Below, piece by piece: positions 1-10,400 of a DNA stretch of 54,582 nucleotides. The notes beneath the pieces were generated by a model, which saw only the letters and a list, made by a program, of their open reading frames with translations, made no database searches and had not been told where the DNA came from. This DNA is from an uncultured Acidobacteriaceae bacterium (GTDB lineage Bacteria; Acidobacteriota; Terriglobia; Terriglobales; Acidobacteriaceae), in assembly GCA_964453815.1 (NCBI GenBank), contig CAYVSQ010000372.1, forward strand, positions 1 through 54,582. The letters run 5' to 3'. A program made the translations under genes and the position numbers. Each line of letters starts with the position of its first letter. Position 1 is the first letter of the stretch.

Positions 1-845
1 CGGCTCACAACCTTCTGAAGCGGAAGCTTGACTTCAGGCGTGATATTTCCAATCAGTACCACCGTTCCGCCTTTGCGCACGCTGTCGATCGCGGCCGTGA
101 CCGTCTGCTCGCGACCGACAGCCTCGAAGACTACATCGACGCCTTTGCCGCCGCTGAGACGGAGCACCTCTGCGAGCATAGCCGCACCCGACACATCGAT
201 CGTTTCGTCGGCACCCATCTCGCGAGCAAGTCTCAGGCGGGTGGCGTCTAGATCGGCAACGAAGACCCGCGAACATCCAAGTGCGTGCGCCGCCTGCAGA
301 GTAAGCAGGCCGATCATGCCCGCACCGATGACGAACGCCGTCTCTCCACCCTTGAGCTCTGCAACCCGAACCGCGTGCAGGGCGACAGAGATAGCTTCGA
401 GCATCGCGGCCTCGGTGAAGCCGAGTTCGTCGGGCAGCCGGTAGACGATACGCTCGGGAACGACGACATACTCAGCAAAGGCCCCGTGGCGGCGGTAGTC
501 TCCACAAGAGACACCGACCACCTGCCGGTTGTCGCAGAGGTTTACGTCACCCACCTGGCAGTATTCACACTCGCCGCAGTAAACCGTGGAGTCGAAGGTC
601 ACGCGATCTCCGGCGTTGAATTGCCGGACTCCATCGCCAGTCCCGGCGACAGTCCCCGCTGCTTCGTGGCCCATCACCAGCGGCGGAATTCGCCGTCCCG
701 AAGAACCATCATACCCGTGCACATCGCTACCGCAAATGCCGCAGGCGGCGATCCGCACCAGTACCTCGCCAGGTCCGGGTACGGGACGAGGCATTTCATG
801 CGTGATGTCGAGTTTGTTGTATTCAGAGAGCAGGAGAGCTTTCAT
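1..845 (-). CDS. Zinc-dependent alcohol/sugar-alcohol dehydrogenase (MDR family); 3' end runs off the window
   Basis: Not in the ORF track because it is open at the edge. Manual translation from ATG 845 gives MKALLLSEYNKLDITHEMPRPVPGPGEVLVRIAACGICGSDVHGYDGSSGRRIPPLVMGHEAAG, containing the CGSD and GHE zinc motifs. Confidence 0.9.
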   Translation of the reverse strand, partial: MKALLLSEYNKLDITHEMPRPVPGPGEVLVRIAACGICGSDVHGYDGSSGRRIPPLVMGHEAAGTVAGTGDGVRQFNAGDRVTFDSTVYCGECEYCQVGDVNLCDNRQVVGVSCGDYRRHGAFAEYVVVPERIVYRLPDELGFTEAAMLEAISVALHAVRVAELKGGETAFVIGAGMIGLLTLQAAHALGCSRVFVADLDATRLRLAREMGADETIDVSGAAMLAEVLRLSGGKGVDVVFEAVGREQTVTAAIDSVRKGGTVVLIGNITPEVKLPLQKVVS

Positions 846-902
846 GAAGAGAAGAGTCCTCAGGCATAGAGTACTCTGACGAGCACGATGTGACCGAACG
901 TT

Positions 903-2090
903 TCAGCCCCGCTTGTTGCCGCTCAGCACAAGTTTGCCGATGGTCGCCAACTGCATATTCGAGGTACCCTCGTAGATTTTCCCGATCTTGGCGTCGCGGT
1001 AATACTTCTCCACTGGATAGTCCTTGACGAAGCCATAGCCGCCATAGACTTCCACCGCCTGGCTCGCCACACGCTCCGCTACCTGTGATGAAAAATACTT
1101 GGCCATCGCCGCTTCGCGAACGTAGTCCAGCTTCGCGTCTTTCAAGCGCGCTGCATTATAAACCAGCAGGCGCGTTGCTTCGATCTCCGTTGCCATCTCC
1201 GCGAGCATAAATTGCACTGCCTGAAATTCCGCGATGGGTTTGCCGAACTGCTTGCGCTCCTGCGCATACTTCGCGGCACAATTCCACGCGCCCTGAGCAA
1301 GGCCAAGCATCTGGGCTCCAATACCGATGCGCCCCTCGTTCAGCGTCTCAATCGCAATCTTGTACCCCTTGCCGGGTTCGCCGAGCACATTTTCCGCAGG
1401 CACGCGGCAATCTTCCAGAATCAATTCACAGGTTGAGGAGGCGCGGATGCCGAGCTTGTCCTCTTTTTTGCCGACAGTGAATCCGGGAAAACTCTTCTCC
1501 ACTAAAAAGGCCGTGATGCCCTTATATCCCGCCACCGGATCGAGCGTTGCAAAGATGATGAAGAGTCCGGCTTCCTTGGCATTCGTGATCCACAGTTTCT
1601 GGCCATTCAGAATGTAGTCGTCTCCGCGCTTATCTGCGCGCGCCTGCAACCCAAAGGCGTCGGACCCGGAAGCGGCTTCGCTCAAGGCGTAGGCCCCGAC
1701 CATCTTGGAAGCCATGCGCGGCAGAAAGCGCTTTTTCTGCTCGGGTGTTCCCCAACGCAGCATAGCATTCACACATAACGTGTTTTGCACATCGACCAGT
1801 ACGCCAACCGACGGATCGATTGCGGATATCTCTTCGACAGCAAGAATAGCTTCGAAGAATGATCCTCCTGAACCACCAAATTCCAGGGGAATTTCAATTC
1901 CCATCAGCCCCAAATTGAACAACTGCTGCAACAAATCAGGTGAGAAATGCTGCTTCTCGTCCATCTCCCGCACCAAAGGACCTATGACCTGCTGCGAAAA
2001 CTCACGTACAGTCGAGCGGAAGAGCTGCTCGTCCTCATTCAAATGGGTGAGCGGAAGGGGCACCGAAGCGGCAACGGTTTCAGGCGTCAT
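903..2090 (-). CDS. Acyl-CoA dehydrogenase (short/branched-chain type)
   Basis: Motifs GAYALSEAASGSD, LNGQKLWITN, KLGIRASST, TLNEGRIGIGAQ, YGGYG and KIYEGTSNMQ. Start placed at MTPETV (ATG 2090) after a GAGGGA RBS. Confidence 0.93.
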   Translation of the reverse strand: MTPETVAASVPLPLTHLNEDEQLFRSTVREFSQQVIGPLVREMDEKQHFSPDLLQQLFNLGLMGIEIPLEFGGSGGSFFEAILAVEEISAIDPSVGVLVDVQNTLCVNAMLRWGTPEQKKRFLPRMASKMVGAYALSEAASGSDAFGLQARADKRGDDYILNGQKLWITNAKEAGLFIIFATLDPVAGYKGITAFLVEKSFPGFTVGKKEDKLGIRASSTCELILEDCRVPAENVLGEPGKGYKIAIETLNEGRIGIGAQMLGLAQGAWNCAAKYAQERKQFGKPIAEFQAVQFMLAEMATEIEATRLLVYNAARLKDAKLDYVREAAMAKYFSSQVAERVASQAVEVYGGYGFVKDYPVEKYYRDAKIGKIYEGTSNMQLATIGKLVLSGNKRG

Positions 2091-2101
2091 GGAATCCCTC
2101 A

Positions 2102-2129
2102 AACGGTATGAAAACCGTTGAGTGTAGCA
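2102..2129 (-). promoter_or_regulatory. Extended -10 box (TGCTACACT, 2129-2121) with an adjacent inverted repeat AACGGT-N6-ACCGTT (2102-2119), a possible repressor operator
   Basis: Both motifs are seen directly upstream of the acyl-CoA dehydrogenase start; their function is inferred. Confidence 0.4.
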
Positions 2130-2302
2130 CCTGGAGCGGCATCGGGACAGCACTCCTTGTCAGAGACAAGCCACCGAGAGGACCTCTATGTCAAAACCAG
2201 AGAAGATGTGTCCTATTTGGCCCTGTTCTAGAGATCGCCGTTCCCTGATGGTCGCGTCGACTTGAACGTTCTGGCTCGAGATACGGCATCTCTGGTTTTG
2301 CT

Positions 2303-3802
2303 TTAGTGATGGGGGAACGGAGTATCCCAGTGATAGATCAGTTCAAGATAGCCGAGTTGTCCCGTCTGGCCGGCAGGATAGATCTTGCTGACGACCGTCC
2401 TCCCCCACGCATGTCCGTAATATAGGTTAACGTCCAGATTTGAAGTGGCATGCCAATCCGAGCTGATATCGGCAAGGCTGTTGAAGGACGAAAAGCCATT
2501 ACTAGGCCGTCCCGTGAATCCAAAGACCTTGTTATCGAAAGCTCCGCCTCCCTGGTACCAAAGATCTTTATTCGAAGTAAGCTGCAGCCAATGCAGATCG
2601 CTGCGCAACTCCCACTTCTTCAAGGGACGGTCAACGATTTGTATGAAGCCGTCCTTCAAATTCATTAGGTTGTAGATAGGGGTTCTTGCATAGACGCGCG
2701 GAGTAGGCAATATCTCAAAAAATGTGCCGTGCGTGTTATCGTTCGGGTTGTTGTCGCCACTGCTCCGCCACCAGCCGCCACGCAGCCACGGCGTGCTGGG
2801 AATGTGAAGGAACTGGTACCCGCCTTCGACAGTGCCGGCACCGGCGCGATGATTCTGCGGTCCCCACCGCCCATTTTGCAGCGCACCCCAGGCAACAAAG
2901 TCGAATTGCCCGGAACCGGCCGGAATAGCGGTGGTAAAGTTGCCGCCATACGTGCCTATCCTGATATTGGCGTGATCTGTTTGGCGCACCGGAAGCGGCC
3001 GGTTGTCTGTCTTTGTCAGGCCAGTGCGGCCATCGTGATACCCAATGGCAAATACACGCCACAGTATGTGGTCTTGCCAGTCAGATTTGGTGTACGCCAG
3101 ATACTGGGTATCGACATTTATCCAGGGATTGCCATTCATGTTGAACACGCCCTGATCGGCGCGGCCAGCCATGAAGGTCAAGTCCCAGGTGCCTTCGCCG
3201 TAGTGAGCGTCGACTTCATCAAAACTGCGTTGCGCGTTGGTGAAACCGAAATTGCCAATCAGCCGTTGTGCCACGCGGTTCGGCTGGATCCAGGCCAGCG
3301 TGGGATTTTTCGGTTTTGTTTCCATGCCTTCGACAAATTCGACACGCCCCAGCCGGATGTTCTTGTCCGAGGTGGCGTCATATCGAACGAAACCCTGCTT
3401 GAGAAATGCCGCAACTGGCCATGAGTTGTTGCCATTTGACGCGTAATAGGTGGCACCGAGGCCGAGCTGGCCTTGTGCGGTGTTAGAGCTTACCGAGTGA
3501 CTCGGCGCGTTGAGGATTGTAGGCTGGGTTATCTCCACCTTCCAGTCCCAACGGGCGAGGCTTTGTGAAAGTCCAAAGCGCAGCAAAGACTCGCCGTAGC
3601 CATAAGAGTTATCGTAAGGGGGCGCCTCATACCAACTCCAGCCGATTCCACGCGCACGCTCATACACAAAGAGTGTCACAGGGTGACCGCTGGCGGCCCC
3701 CTTTGGGGGCTGGGGCTGCGAGGTCTGGCCTGACAAAGATAAAGCGCCTGCAGCTGACAACAAGACCAATGAGCAAATCAAACTGCGCAAACTTACCTCC
3801 AA
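2303..3802 (-). CDS. Alginate-export (AlgE-like) outer-membrane beta-barrel protein
   Basis: Signal peptide; aromatic- and Gly-rich amphipathic strands; RLIGNFGFTNAQRSFD and SGDNNPND..HGTF motifs typical of the alginate export family. Confidence 0.7.
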   Translation of the reverse strand: MEVSLRSLICSLVLLSAAGALSLSGQTSQPQPPKGAASGHPVTLFVYERARGIGWSWYEAPPYDNSYGYGESLLRFGLSQSLARWDWKVEITQPTILNAPSHSVSSNTAQGQLGLGATYYASNGNNSWPVAAFLKQGFVRYDATSDKNIRLGRVEFVEGMETKPKNPTLAWIQPNRVAQRLIGNFGFTNAQRSFDEVDAHYGEGTWDLTFMAGRADQGVFNMNGNPWINVDTQYLAYTKSDWQDHILWRVFAIGYHDGRTGLTKTDNRPLPVRQTDHANIRIGTYGGNFTTAIPAGSGQFDFVAWGALQNGRWGPQNHRAGAGTVEGGYQFLHIPSTPWLRGGWWRSSGDNNPNDNTHGTFFEILPTPRVYARTPIYNLMNLKDGFIQIVDRPLKKWELRSDLHWLQLTSNKDLWYQGGGAFDNKVFGFTGRPSNGFSSFNSLADISSDWHATSNLDVNLYYGHAWGRTVVSKIYPAGQTGQLGYLELIYHWDTPFPHH

Positions 3803-4173
3803 AGTGGTTCGTTCAACTCTGCCAGACTCGTTTCCCGGCTTGTATATCCTTAAATACCCCTAGATTCGCTCCCTTGCATTTGCACATCTCACCTGTCTCT
3901 CAGGGGTGAGGGGCAGCCGGGAAGAGAAGCAAGTTTTCCAAGCATGGGTTGGAGCAAAGATGACGGCACGGAGCGGGGACGGTCAACCAACCAAAGGTTG
4001 AACTTTATCTCCACCCGCGCCTAGCCGAACCGCGCGAGACAAGGATCGTCGGGAAAAGCCAACCGAAAGTTTGAGATAATAATCCATCGTTCGACCGAAG
4101 ACGGTCGAGCTGGCGATTAAGTAACGTTAGGAGTGTTTTCGACGGGTATCTAATCGATCGAAGGTGAGTATCT

Positions 4174-4791
4174 ATGGCCGCGTCCAATCCTAGCATCCCC
4201 CATATCGCGCTTGCTTCCACCTCGGGCCAGAGTCTTTACGACAAGCTGAATTCTCAGTGGCATGAGCGGGCGTTGCTGGCGTTCATGGCAATCGTGCTCG
4301 CGCACTGGGGTGAACATCTGGTGCAGGCTTACCAGATCTGGGTGATGGGCTGGCCGCGTCCGAAGGCAAATGGCATTCTCGGTCTATGGTATCCATGGCT
4401 AATCAAATCCGAAGTGCTCCACTATTCTTATGCCCTGATCATGCTCATCGGGATATGGGTGCTCCGCAAAGGATTTACTGGTCTTAGCCGCAAATGGTGG
4501 ACCGTGGCCCTCGTCATCCAATTCTGGCATCACATCGAGCACCTACTGTTGATCACACAAGCATCGGTGCTCCATCACAATTTCTGGGGTAAGCCAGTGC
4601 CGGTGAGCGTTCTGCAGCTGATATTTCCACGAGTGGAACTCCACCTCTTCTATAACTCGGTCGTCTTCATTCCGATGGTCATTGGCATGTACTACCACAT
4701 GTTCCCTCCCAAAGGAGAAGCGCAGCAGGCAACCTGCACCTGCTCCTGGCGTAAGGACGAAGCGGAGGAAGACACGAGCTACGCCGCCTGA
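4174..4791 (+). CDS. His-rich integral membrane protein of unknown function
   Basis: About 4-5 TM helices; paired motifs HWGEH...SEVLH and HHIEH...VELH; AAGGTGAG RBS-like sequence before ATG. Confidence 0.8.
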   Translation: MAASNPSIPHIALASTSGQSLYDKLNSQWHERALLAFMAIVLAHWGEHLVQAYQIWVMGWPRPKANGILGLWYPWLIKSEVLHYSYALIMLIGIWVLRKGFTGLSRKWWTVALVIQFWHHIEHLLLITQASVLHHNFWGKPVPVSVLQLIFPRVELHLFYNSVVFIPMVIGMYYHMFPPKGEAQQATCTCSWRKDEAEEDTSYAA

Positions 4792-4825
4792 TTCTTACGT
4801 TCACTTGCCGGTTGTGGTGGGGGGT

Positions 4826-5263
4826 ATGGATTCGATGACAGGACGTATCGCCGGGGGCCGCCGCGTGGCGGCCCCTTGGGTTTGTAGAGGGCTTCTTGCC
4901 TTGGTCTGTATGGGAACTCTGGCAGCAACCGCGTGTCATCGGGCTTTCGATGGCGCGTCAGATATTTCGGTACGGCACCAGATTACTCCGCAGCCAATAC
5001 GTATAGGTCCGGCTACGGTTGCAGTGCAGCTCGCCGATGGGGCAAAGCCCGTCACCGACGCCACTATCATGGTAGAGGCGGATATGTCTCACCCTGGGAT
5101 GAGTCCCGTTTTCGGGCCTGCGAACGAGATGGCGCCTGGCAGATATCAGGCGCATATCAACTTCAACATGGGCGGCGACTGGGTGGTGCTGCTTCACATC
5201 AAGCTCGCCGATGGACGGAAGATCGAGCGCCAGGTGGACGTGAGAGGCGTCCGAACCAATTAA
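4826..5263 (+). CDS. YtkA/FixH-like lipoprotein (putative copper chaperone)
   Basis: Lipobox-like LAATAC; ADMSHPGMSP, PGRYQA and FNMGGDWVV, the Ig-like YtkA/FixH pattern. The ORF-track extension to 4682 overlaps the upstream gene and is unlikely. Confidence 0.75.
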   Translation: MDSMTGRIAGGRRVAAPWVCRGLLALVCMGTLAATACHRAFDGASDISVRHQITPQPIRIGPATVAVQLADGAKPVTDATIMVEADMSHPGMSPVFGPANEMAPGRYQAHINFNMGGDWVVLLHIKLADGRKIERQVDVRGVRTN

Positions 5264-5267
5264 CGAA

Positions 5268-6755
5268 TTGTCAGCAACCTTCTCCAATTCGTCTCCGCCT
5301 GACGATCTCAACGACGATTTCGTGGAAGCCCCGCTGTTCGATGTGCTGCTTATTCCAGTGATCGGCCGATTTCTGATATGGCAGCACTCGCGCACGCTAC
5401 TGCAGATTCCGCTATTTCTCGTCAGCGTCGTCATGATTCTGCACGGTCTCTTCGGGCCGTCGATCTCTCCGAAGAACCTGGCGACGGTGCTCACCTGGGT
5501 GCACTTTCGCGGAGCGCTAGTGCTGGTGATTCTCGTTGCGGGTAATTTCTTCTGCATGGCGTGCCCTTTCATGCTGGCGCGCAACGCCATGCGGCGGTGG
5601 GTCCATCCGCGCTTCACCTGGCCGCGCAGACTTCGCAACAAATGGATGGCGGTTGGGCTCTTCGCGCTCATCCTCTTCACGTATGAGCTGTTCGGTTTCT
5701 GGTCTTCGCCGTGGTTGACCGCATGGATTATCGCCGGCTACTTCCTCGCCATTCTGGTGATTGACGGCCTCTTCAAGCACGCGACATTCTGTAAGTTTGT
5801 CTGTCCGCTCGGCCAATTCAACTTTATTGCGTCCACAGTCTCACCTTTCGAAGTGGAAGTGCGTGATCAAGAAGTCTGTTCGGACTGTCACACAAAGGAC
5901 TGTATTCGCGGCCGCAAGGCGCCGGATTCCAATCTCGTTACTGTCCAGCGCGGGTGCGAGCTTGCGCTCTTCCTGCCTGGCAAAGTCGGTAACATGGACT
6001 GCACTTTTTGTCTCGATTGTGTTCACGCTTGTCCTCACGACAACATCGGCATCCTAAATCGTCTTCCCACCAGCGAACTGATAATTGATCCGCGTCGATC
6101 CGGAGTGGGCTATTTCTCGCGCCGCAAGGACATCGCAGCTCTTGTGCTCATCTTCTGCTTCGGCGCTCTGATGAATGCGTTCGGCATGGTCAGTCCGGTG
6201 TACGCGGTCGAGAGCTGGGTGGGCCATCTGCTGCATGTCAGAAGTGAAGCGCCAGTGCTCGCAGTGCTCTTCATGAGCTTCCTCGTCGTCGAGCCTGCCA
6301 TTTTGCTTGGATCCGCAGCTTGGATCACGCGCGCCTGGGCTGGAGTACAACGCGGATGGTTGCCACTCATCATCCATTACACATATGCGCTTGTGCCGCT
6401 GGGTTTTGGCATGTGGCTGGCGCATTACGGATTCCATTTTCTTACCGGTCTATACACGATTGTTCCGGTGACTCAGAACGCTGTCGCAAGCCTCGGCTGG
6501 CCTATCCTGGGCGATCCACGCTGGACCCTGGTTGGCGTCCCAAAATACATTGTGGAACCGCTGGAATTCGGGTTTCTCCTAGTGGGGCTGGCTGGGTCGC
6601 TGCTGATCGTCTGGCGTCTTGCACAGGAAGACGCTGAAGAGCACCCTATTCGCGCCTTCTTGCCTTGGGCCGCCGTCAGCGTTCTGCTGTTTCTGGCGTC
6701 AGTCTGGCTCATGACTCAACCTATGGACATGCGCGCTACGATGATGGCGGGATAA
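5268..6755 (+). CDS. Membrane polyferredoxin (NapH/FixG/NosR-C-like, FesM-type 4Fe-4S protein)
   Basis: Many TM helices; CMACP and FCKFVCP (CxxxCP-type) motifs; CSDCHTKDC; CTFCLDCVHACP ferredoxin motif; Met-rich C-terminus. Confidence 0.85.
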   Translation: MSATFSNSSPPDDLNDDFVEAPLFDVLLIPVIGRFLIWQHSRTLLQIPLFLVSVVMILHGLFGPSISPKNLATVLTWVHFRGALVLVILVAGNFFCMACPFMLARNAMRRWVHPRFTWPRRLRNKWMAVGLFALILFTYELFGFWSSPWLTAWIIAGYFLAILVIDGLFKHATFCKFVCPLGQFNFIASTVSPFEVEVRDQEVCSDCHTKDCIRGRKAPDSNLVTVQRGCELALFLPGKVGNMDCTFCLDCVHACPHDNIGILNRLPTSELIIDPRRSGVGYFSRRKDIAALVLIFCFGALMNAFGMVSPVYAVESWVGHLLHVRSEAPVLAVLFMSFLVVEPAILLGSAAWITRAWAGVQRGWLPLIIHYTYALVPLGFGMWLAHYGFHFLTGLYTIVPVTQNAVASLGWPILGDPRWTLVGVPKYIVEPLEFGFLLVGLAGSLLIVWRLAQEDAEEHPIRAFLPWAAVSVLLFLASVWLMTQPMDMRATMMAG

Positions 6756-6758
6756 GAC

Positions 6759-7373
6759 ATGCGCGTTCGAATCCCAATCCGAATGACGATGGCGAAGATC
6801 AAGAACCAGTTCAGACCTATGCATGTGTGGCGCATTCCGCTGATTGCCGCACTGCTTGCAATCTGCGGAAGCGCGCCGGCATGGGCGCATCTTGGGCCAC
6901 CATATCCCATCATGCAAGACCGCAAAGTAGGACCATTTACAGTTTCGGTGTGGAGTAACCCCGACGTGGGCATCGGTAGTTTTTTCGTTGTGATCGATCC
7001 GCCAAAGGGAGGCTCTGTTCCCAGTGACATGAAAGTTCAAATCGCTGTTCAGCCCATGAGTGGACGGCTGCCGGAGCAGAGGTACGACGCATGGCGTGAG
7101 AGGCTTCGTGACCGGGTAGAGTTCAAAACCGACGTTCCGTTTGATAAAGAAGAAGAGTGGAGAGTTCGAGTTCTGCTTATGAGCTCACAGGTGAGCGGCG
7201 AAACAGACTCGACCGTGCAAGTGACTCCGCCGGGACTTGGCCGCTGGGATCTTCTGCTCTTCTCACTTCCCTTCCTGGGCGTCGGGGTGTTGTGGTTCAA
7301 GGCGATTGCCACCAAACGGGAAAACAGAAGAAGGGCGCAACGAAGAAAGGCTCAGAAAAACGTGGCCTGTTGA
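6759..7373 (+). CDS. Exported, C-terminally membrane-anchored hypothetical protein (alternative start 6819)
   Basis: Signal peptide ending AWA followed by His; beta-rich domain; C-terminal TM helix and basic tail. Confidence 0.75.
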   Translation: MRVRIPIRMTMAKIKNQFRPMHVWRIPLIAALLAICGSAPAWAHLGPPYPIMQDRKVGPFTVSVWSNPDVGIGSFFVVIDPPKGGSVPSDMKVQIAVQPMSGRLPEQRYDAWRERLRDRVEFKTDVPFDKEEEWRVRVLLMSSQVSGETDSTVQVTPPGLGRWDLLLFSLPFLGVGVLWFKAIATKRENRRRAQRRKAQKNVAC

Positions 7374-7451
7374 ACAATTACGCGGACACCGCGAATTCAC
7401 TGCCGGGTTCTATTGCGGTATGTTCAAAAGAGCCTCCGAAATAGAGATCGC

Positions 7452-10400
7452 ATGAGAATCCACGGATCCAACAGTCCCGAGATAGACCATGGCCGGCAAG
7501 CGAGTCAACTATTCTGGTCGTTCACTTGCCTGCTGGCTTCTGCGGCGCTGATCGCAGTGGGATGTCATTCCGGCAGCAAGCTTCCGGATAAATCGTCTCA
7601 AGCCTATGCTGACTTCGTTTCGGCTTTCTATGTCGGCCTCGCGGCGCTCCAGGTGGGTGACGATGTTCGCGCGGAACGTGAACACGCTCGGGCGACGCAG
7701 ATTGTTCCCGGAGAGCCTGCAGCCTGGTCGAATTGGGGTGTGCTAGCGCTGCGCCAAAGGAATTTTGATCCGGCCGAACAAAGACTGGAGCGGGCACGGG
7801 CTCTGGCTCCCAAGAATGATGCGATCTACTACCTTTTGGGGCTGGTTGAATCCGGCAGGGGAAATTCCGTGGATGCCATAGCCCACTTCAGTAAAGCTGT
7901 AGAGATTAATCCGAATAACCTGATCGCGACGTATCGGCTTGCCGAAGAGATTGAGCGGCAGGGTGATGTCAATAGCGACATTCAGTTTCAGAAGTTGATG
8001 CAGCGAATCGTCGACGCGCAGCCGGACAACGTGGCTGCTTTGCTGGAGCTAAGCCGCGTGGCTGCAAAGCGTGGTGACGCCGCTGCACTGAAACAATCCG
8101 TGGCTCGTATTCAAGCGCAGTCGAAGGCTTGGCCCGCGGAAGTGCAGGAACAACTCGCTGCTCTGGAGGCAGCGGCGGCGGGGCCGGACCCTCACGCGGC
8201 AGCAATGCGAACGAACTTTCTGCGAAATGTACTGATGCGGGTTCCGGATTTTCGCCAAAGCCTGGCAGCGATCAAACCTCCGCCTGGGGATGAGGCGCAG
8301 CCATTCACACATTTTCTGCTATTGGAGAGCCCTGTGTTCTCGCCCGCTCCGGCAGACGTAGCAATGACATTCGATGTCGAGCCGCCGGTTAACTCTGACA
8401 AGACCGAAGACCAGACACAGTGGAATTGGATCGGGGCCATCTCGCTGAGTGGCACAGGCCCGGCTATCGTTGCAAAAGCAAATGGAAGCATGGTGCAACT
8501 TGCGACCGGTGCTAAGTTTCCCTTTCCCGGTGGCGCGTCCAAAACTCCCCCTCTGCCGGAAGGAATCGTTCCAACCGACTTCAACTACGACTTCAAGACT
8601 GACCTGGTACTGGCGGGCGCGGGCGGAGTGCGGTTCTTCCGGCAGGATAAGTCCGATACTTTCACTGACGTAACGGAGCAGACCAAGCTCCCTGCATCTG
8701 TTGTGAACGGCCATTACACCGGCGGCTGGGCCGTCGATATAGAAGCGGATGGTGATCTCGACATCGTGCTTGGCTCCAGAGATGGTGTGCCGACAGTCCT
8801 CAGAAACAACGGGGATAACACATTCACGCCGATCCACCCTTTCACTGGAGTTTCCGGCGTGCGGGAATTTGTGTGGGCCGACCTGAACGGAGACGGCAAT
8901 CCTGATGCTGCATTCATCGACGGCTCTGGAAAGCTTCATGTCTTCAGCAATCAGCGATCGGGGCGATTCAGCGAAATGCCCGCCCCTCCTGTCCTGGGGC
9001 AGGTTAAAGCGATCACAGCTGCCGACGCGAGTCACAATGGCATTCTCGATCTGTTGGCGCTGCAGGCCGACGGTGCGATCCTGCGGCTGGCTGTAAATAG
9101 CGATGGACAAAGCTGGGAAAGAGGCGAAGTTGCAAGTGTTCCCGATGCTGCGAACTTTCTTGCCGGCGACGTACGCCTGCGTGCCGCCGATTTAGACAAC
9201 AACGGAGCGATCGATCTTTTGCTGGGGCGCGTCACACCGCCGGCAGACGGCAAATCTCCAGGTGCCCTGGTGTGGCTCGGCGATGATAAAGGCACCTTTG
9301 TCGCAACCGGCAACGCGGTTGGTCCGGCGATGGTATTCGATGCTGCCGACTTGAACGCCGATGGGCGGCTGGATTTGCTCGGACTCTCGGCTGATGGTCA
9401 GGCGATGCTTGCTGCGAATCGGGGCACGAAGAACTACCACTGGCAAATCATTCGTCCGCGCGCGAAACAGGCTACGGGCGATCAGCGCATCAACTCTTTC
9501 GGAGTTGGCGGCGAGATTGAGATCCGGTCTGGGCTGCTGGTGCAAATGCAGCCGATCACCGGCCCTCAGATGCACTTCGGATTGGGCCAGCAAACTGGCG
9601 TGGACGTAGCGCGAATCCTATGGCCGAACGGCTCGGTGCGTGCCGAATTCGCTCTGAAGGCCGACCAGGAGGTCGTGACCGAACAGCGCTTGAAGGGCTC
9701 TTGCCCGTTTCTGTTCGCATACAACGGCAAAGATATGAAATTTGTGAAGGATGCTATTCCGTGGGGATCCGCGATCGGTCTGCGCATCAACTCCCTGGGC
9801 ACCGCCAGCATCGGAGCAACTGAAGAGTGGTACAAGATCGGCCACGATGAGCTTGCACCACACGACGGATACTATGACCTGCGAATTACCGGGGAGCTGT
9901 GGGAGACCTACTACTACGACTATCTCACGCTGATGGCTGTCGACCACCCGGCTGGAACGGAAATTTTCACGGACGAGCGCTTTGCTGTTCCCGCGATAAA
10001 GCCGAAAGTCATTGCGGTCGCCACTCCTCATAAGATCGTCCGCGCAATCGACGACAATGGCCAGGATGTGACAAACATTGTACGCGACCTCGACAATCGA
10101 TACCTCGATACCTTTGGACGTGGCCAGTACCAGGGCGTCACACGCGATCACTATGTTGAAGTAGATCTCGGCGACGCCGCGCCTGTGAAGGGTCCGCTGT
10201 ACCTAATTGCCAAAGGCTGGTTACATCCGTCGGACTCCTCTATCAACGTGGCAATCAGCCAAGGCCAGCATGAACAGGCGCGCGCCCTAAGCCTCGAAGT
10301 TTCCGATGGACATGGCGGCTGGGTTGTCGCTGAGCCCAATCTCGGCTTTCCAGCGGGTAGAAAGAAGATCTGCCTGTTCGATCTCACCAACGTATTTCGT

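Noticed and set aside
3943-4024. 26-codon upstream ORF (MGWSKDDG...)
   Set aside because: No RBS and no attenuator-like codon bias.
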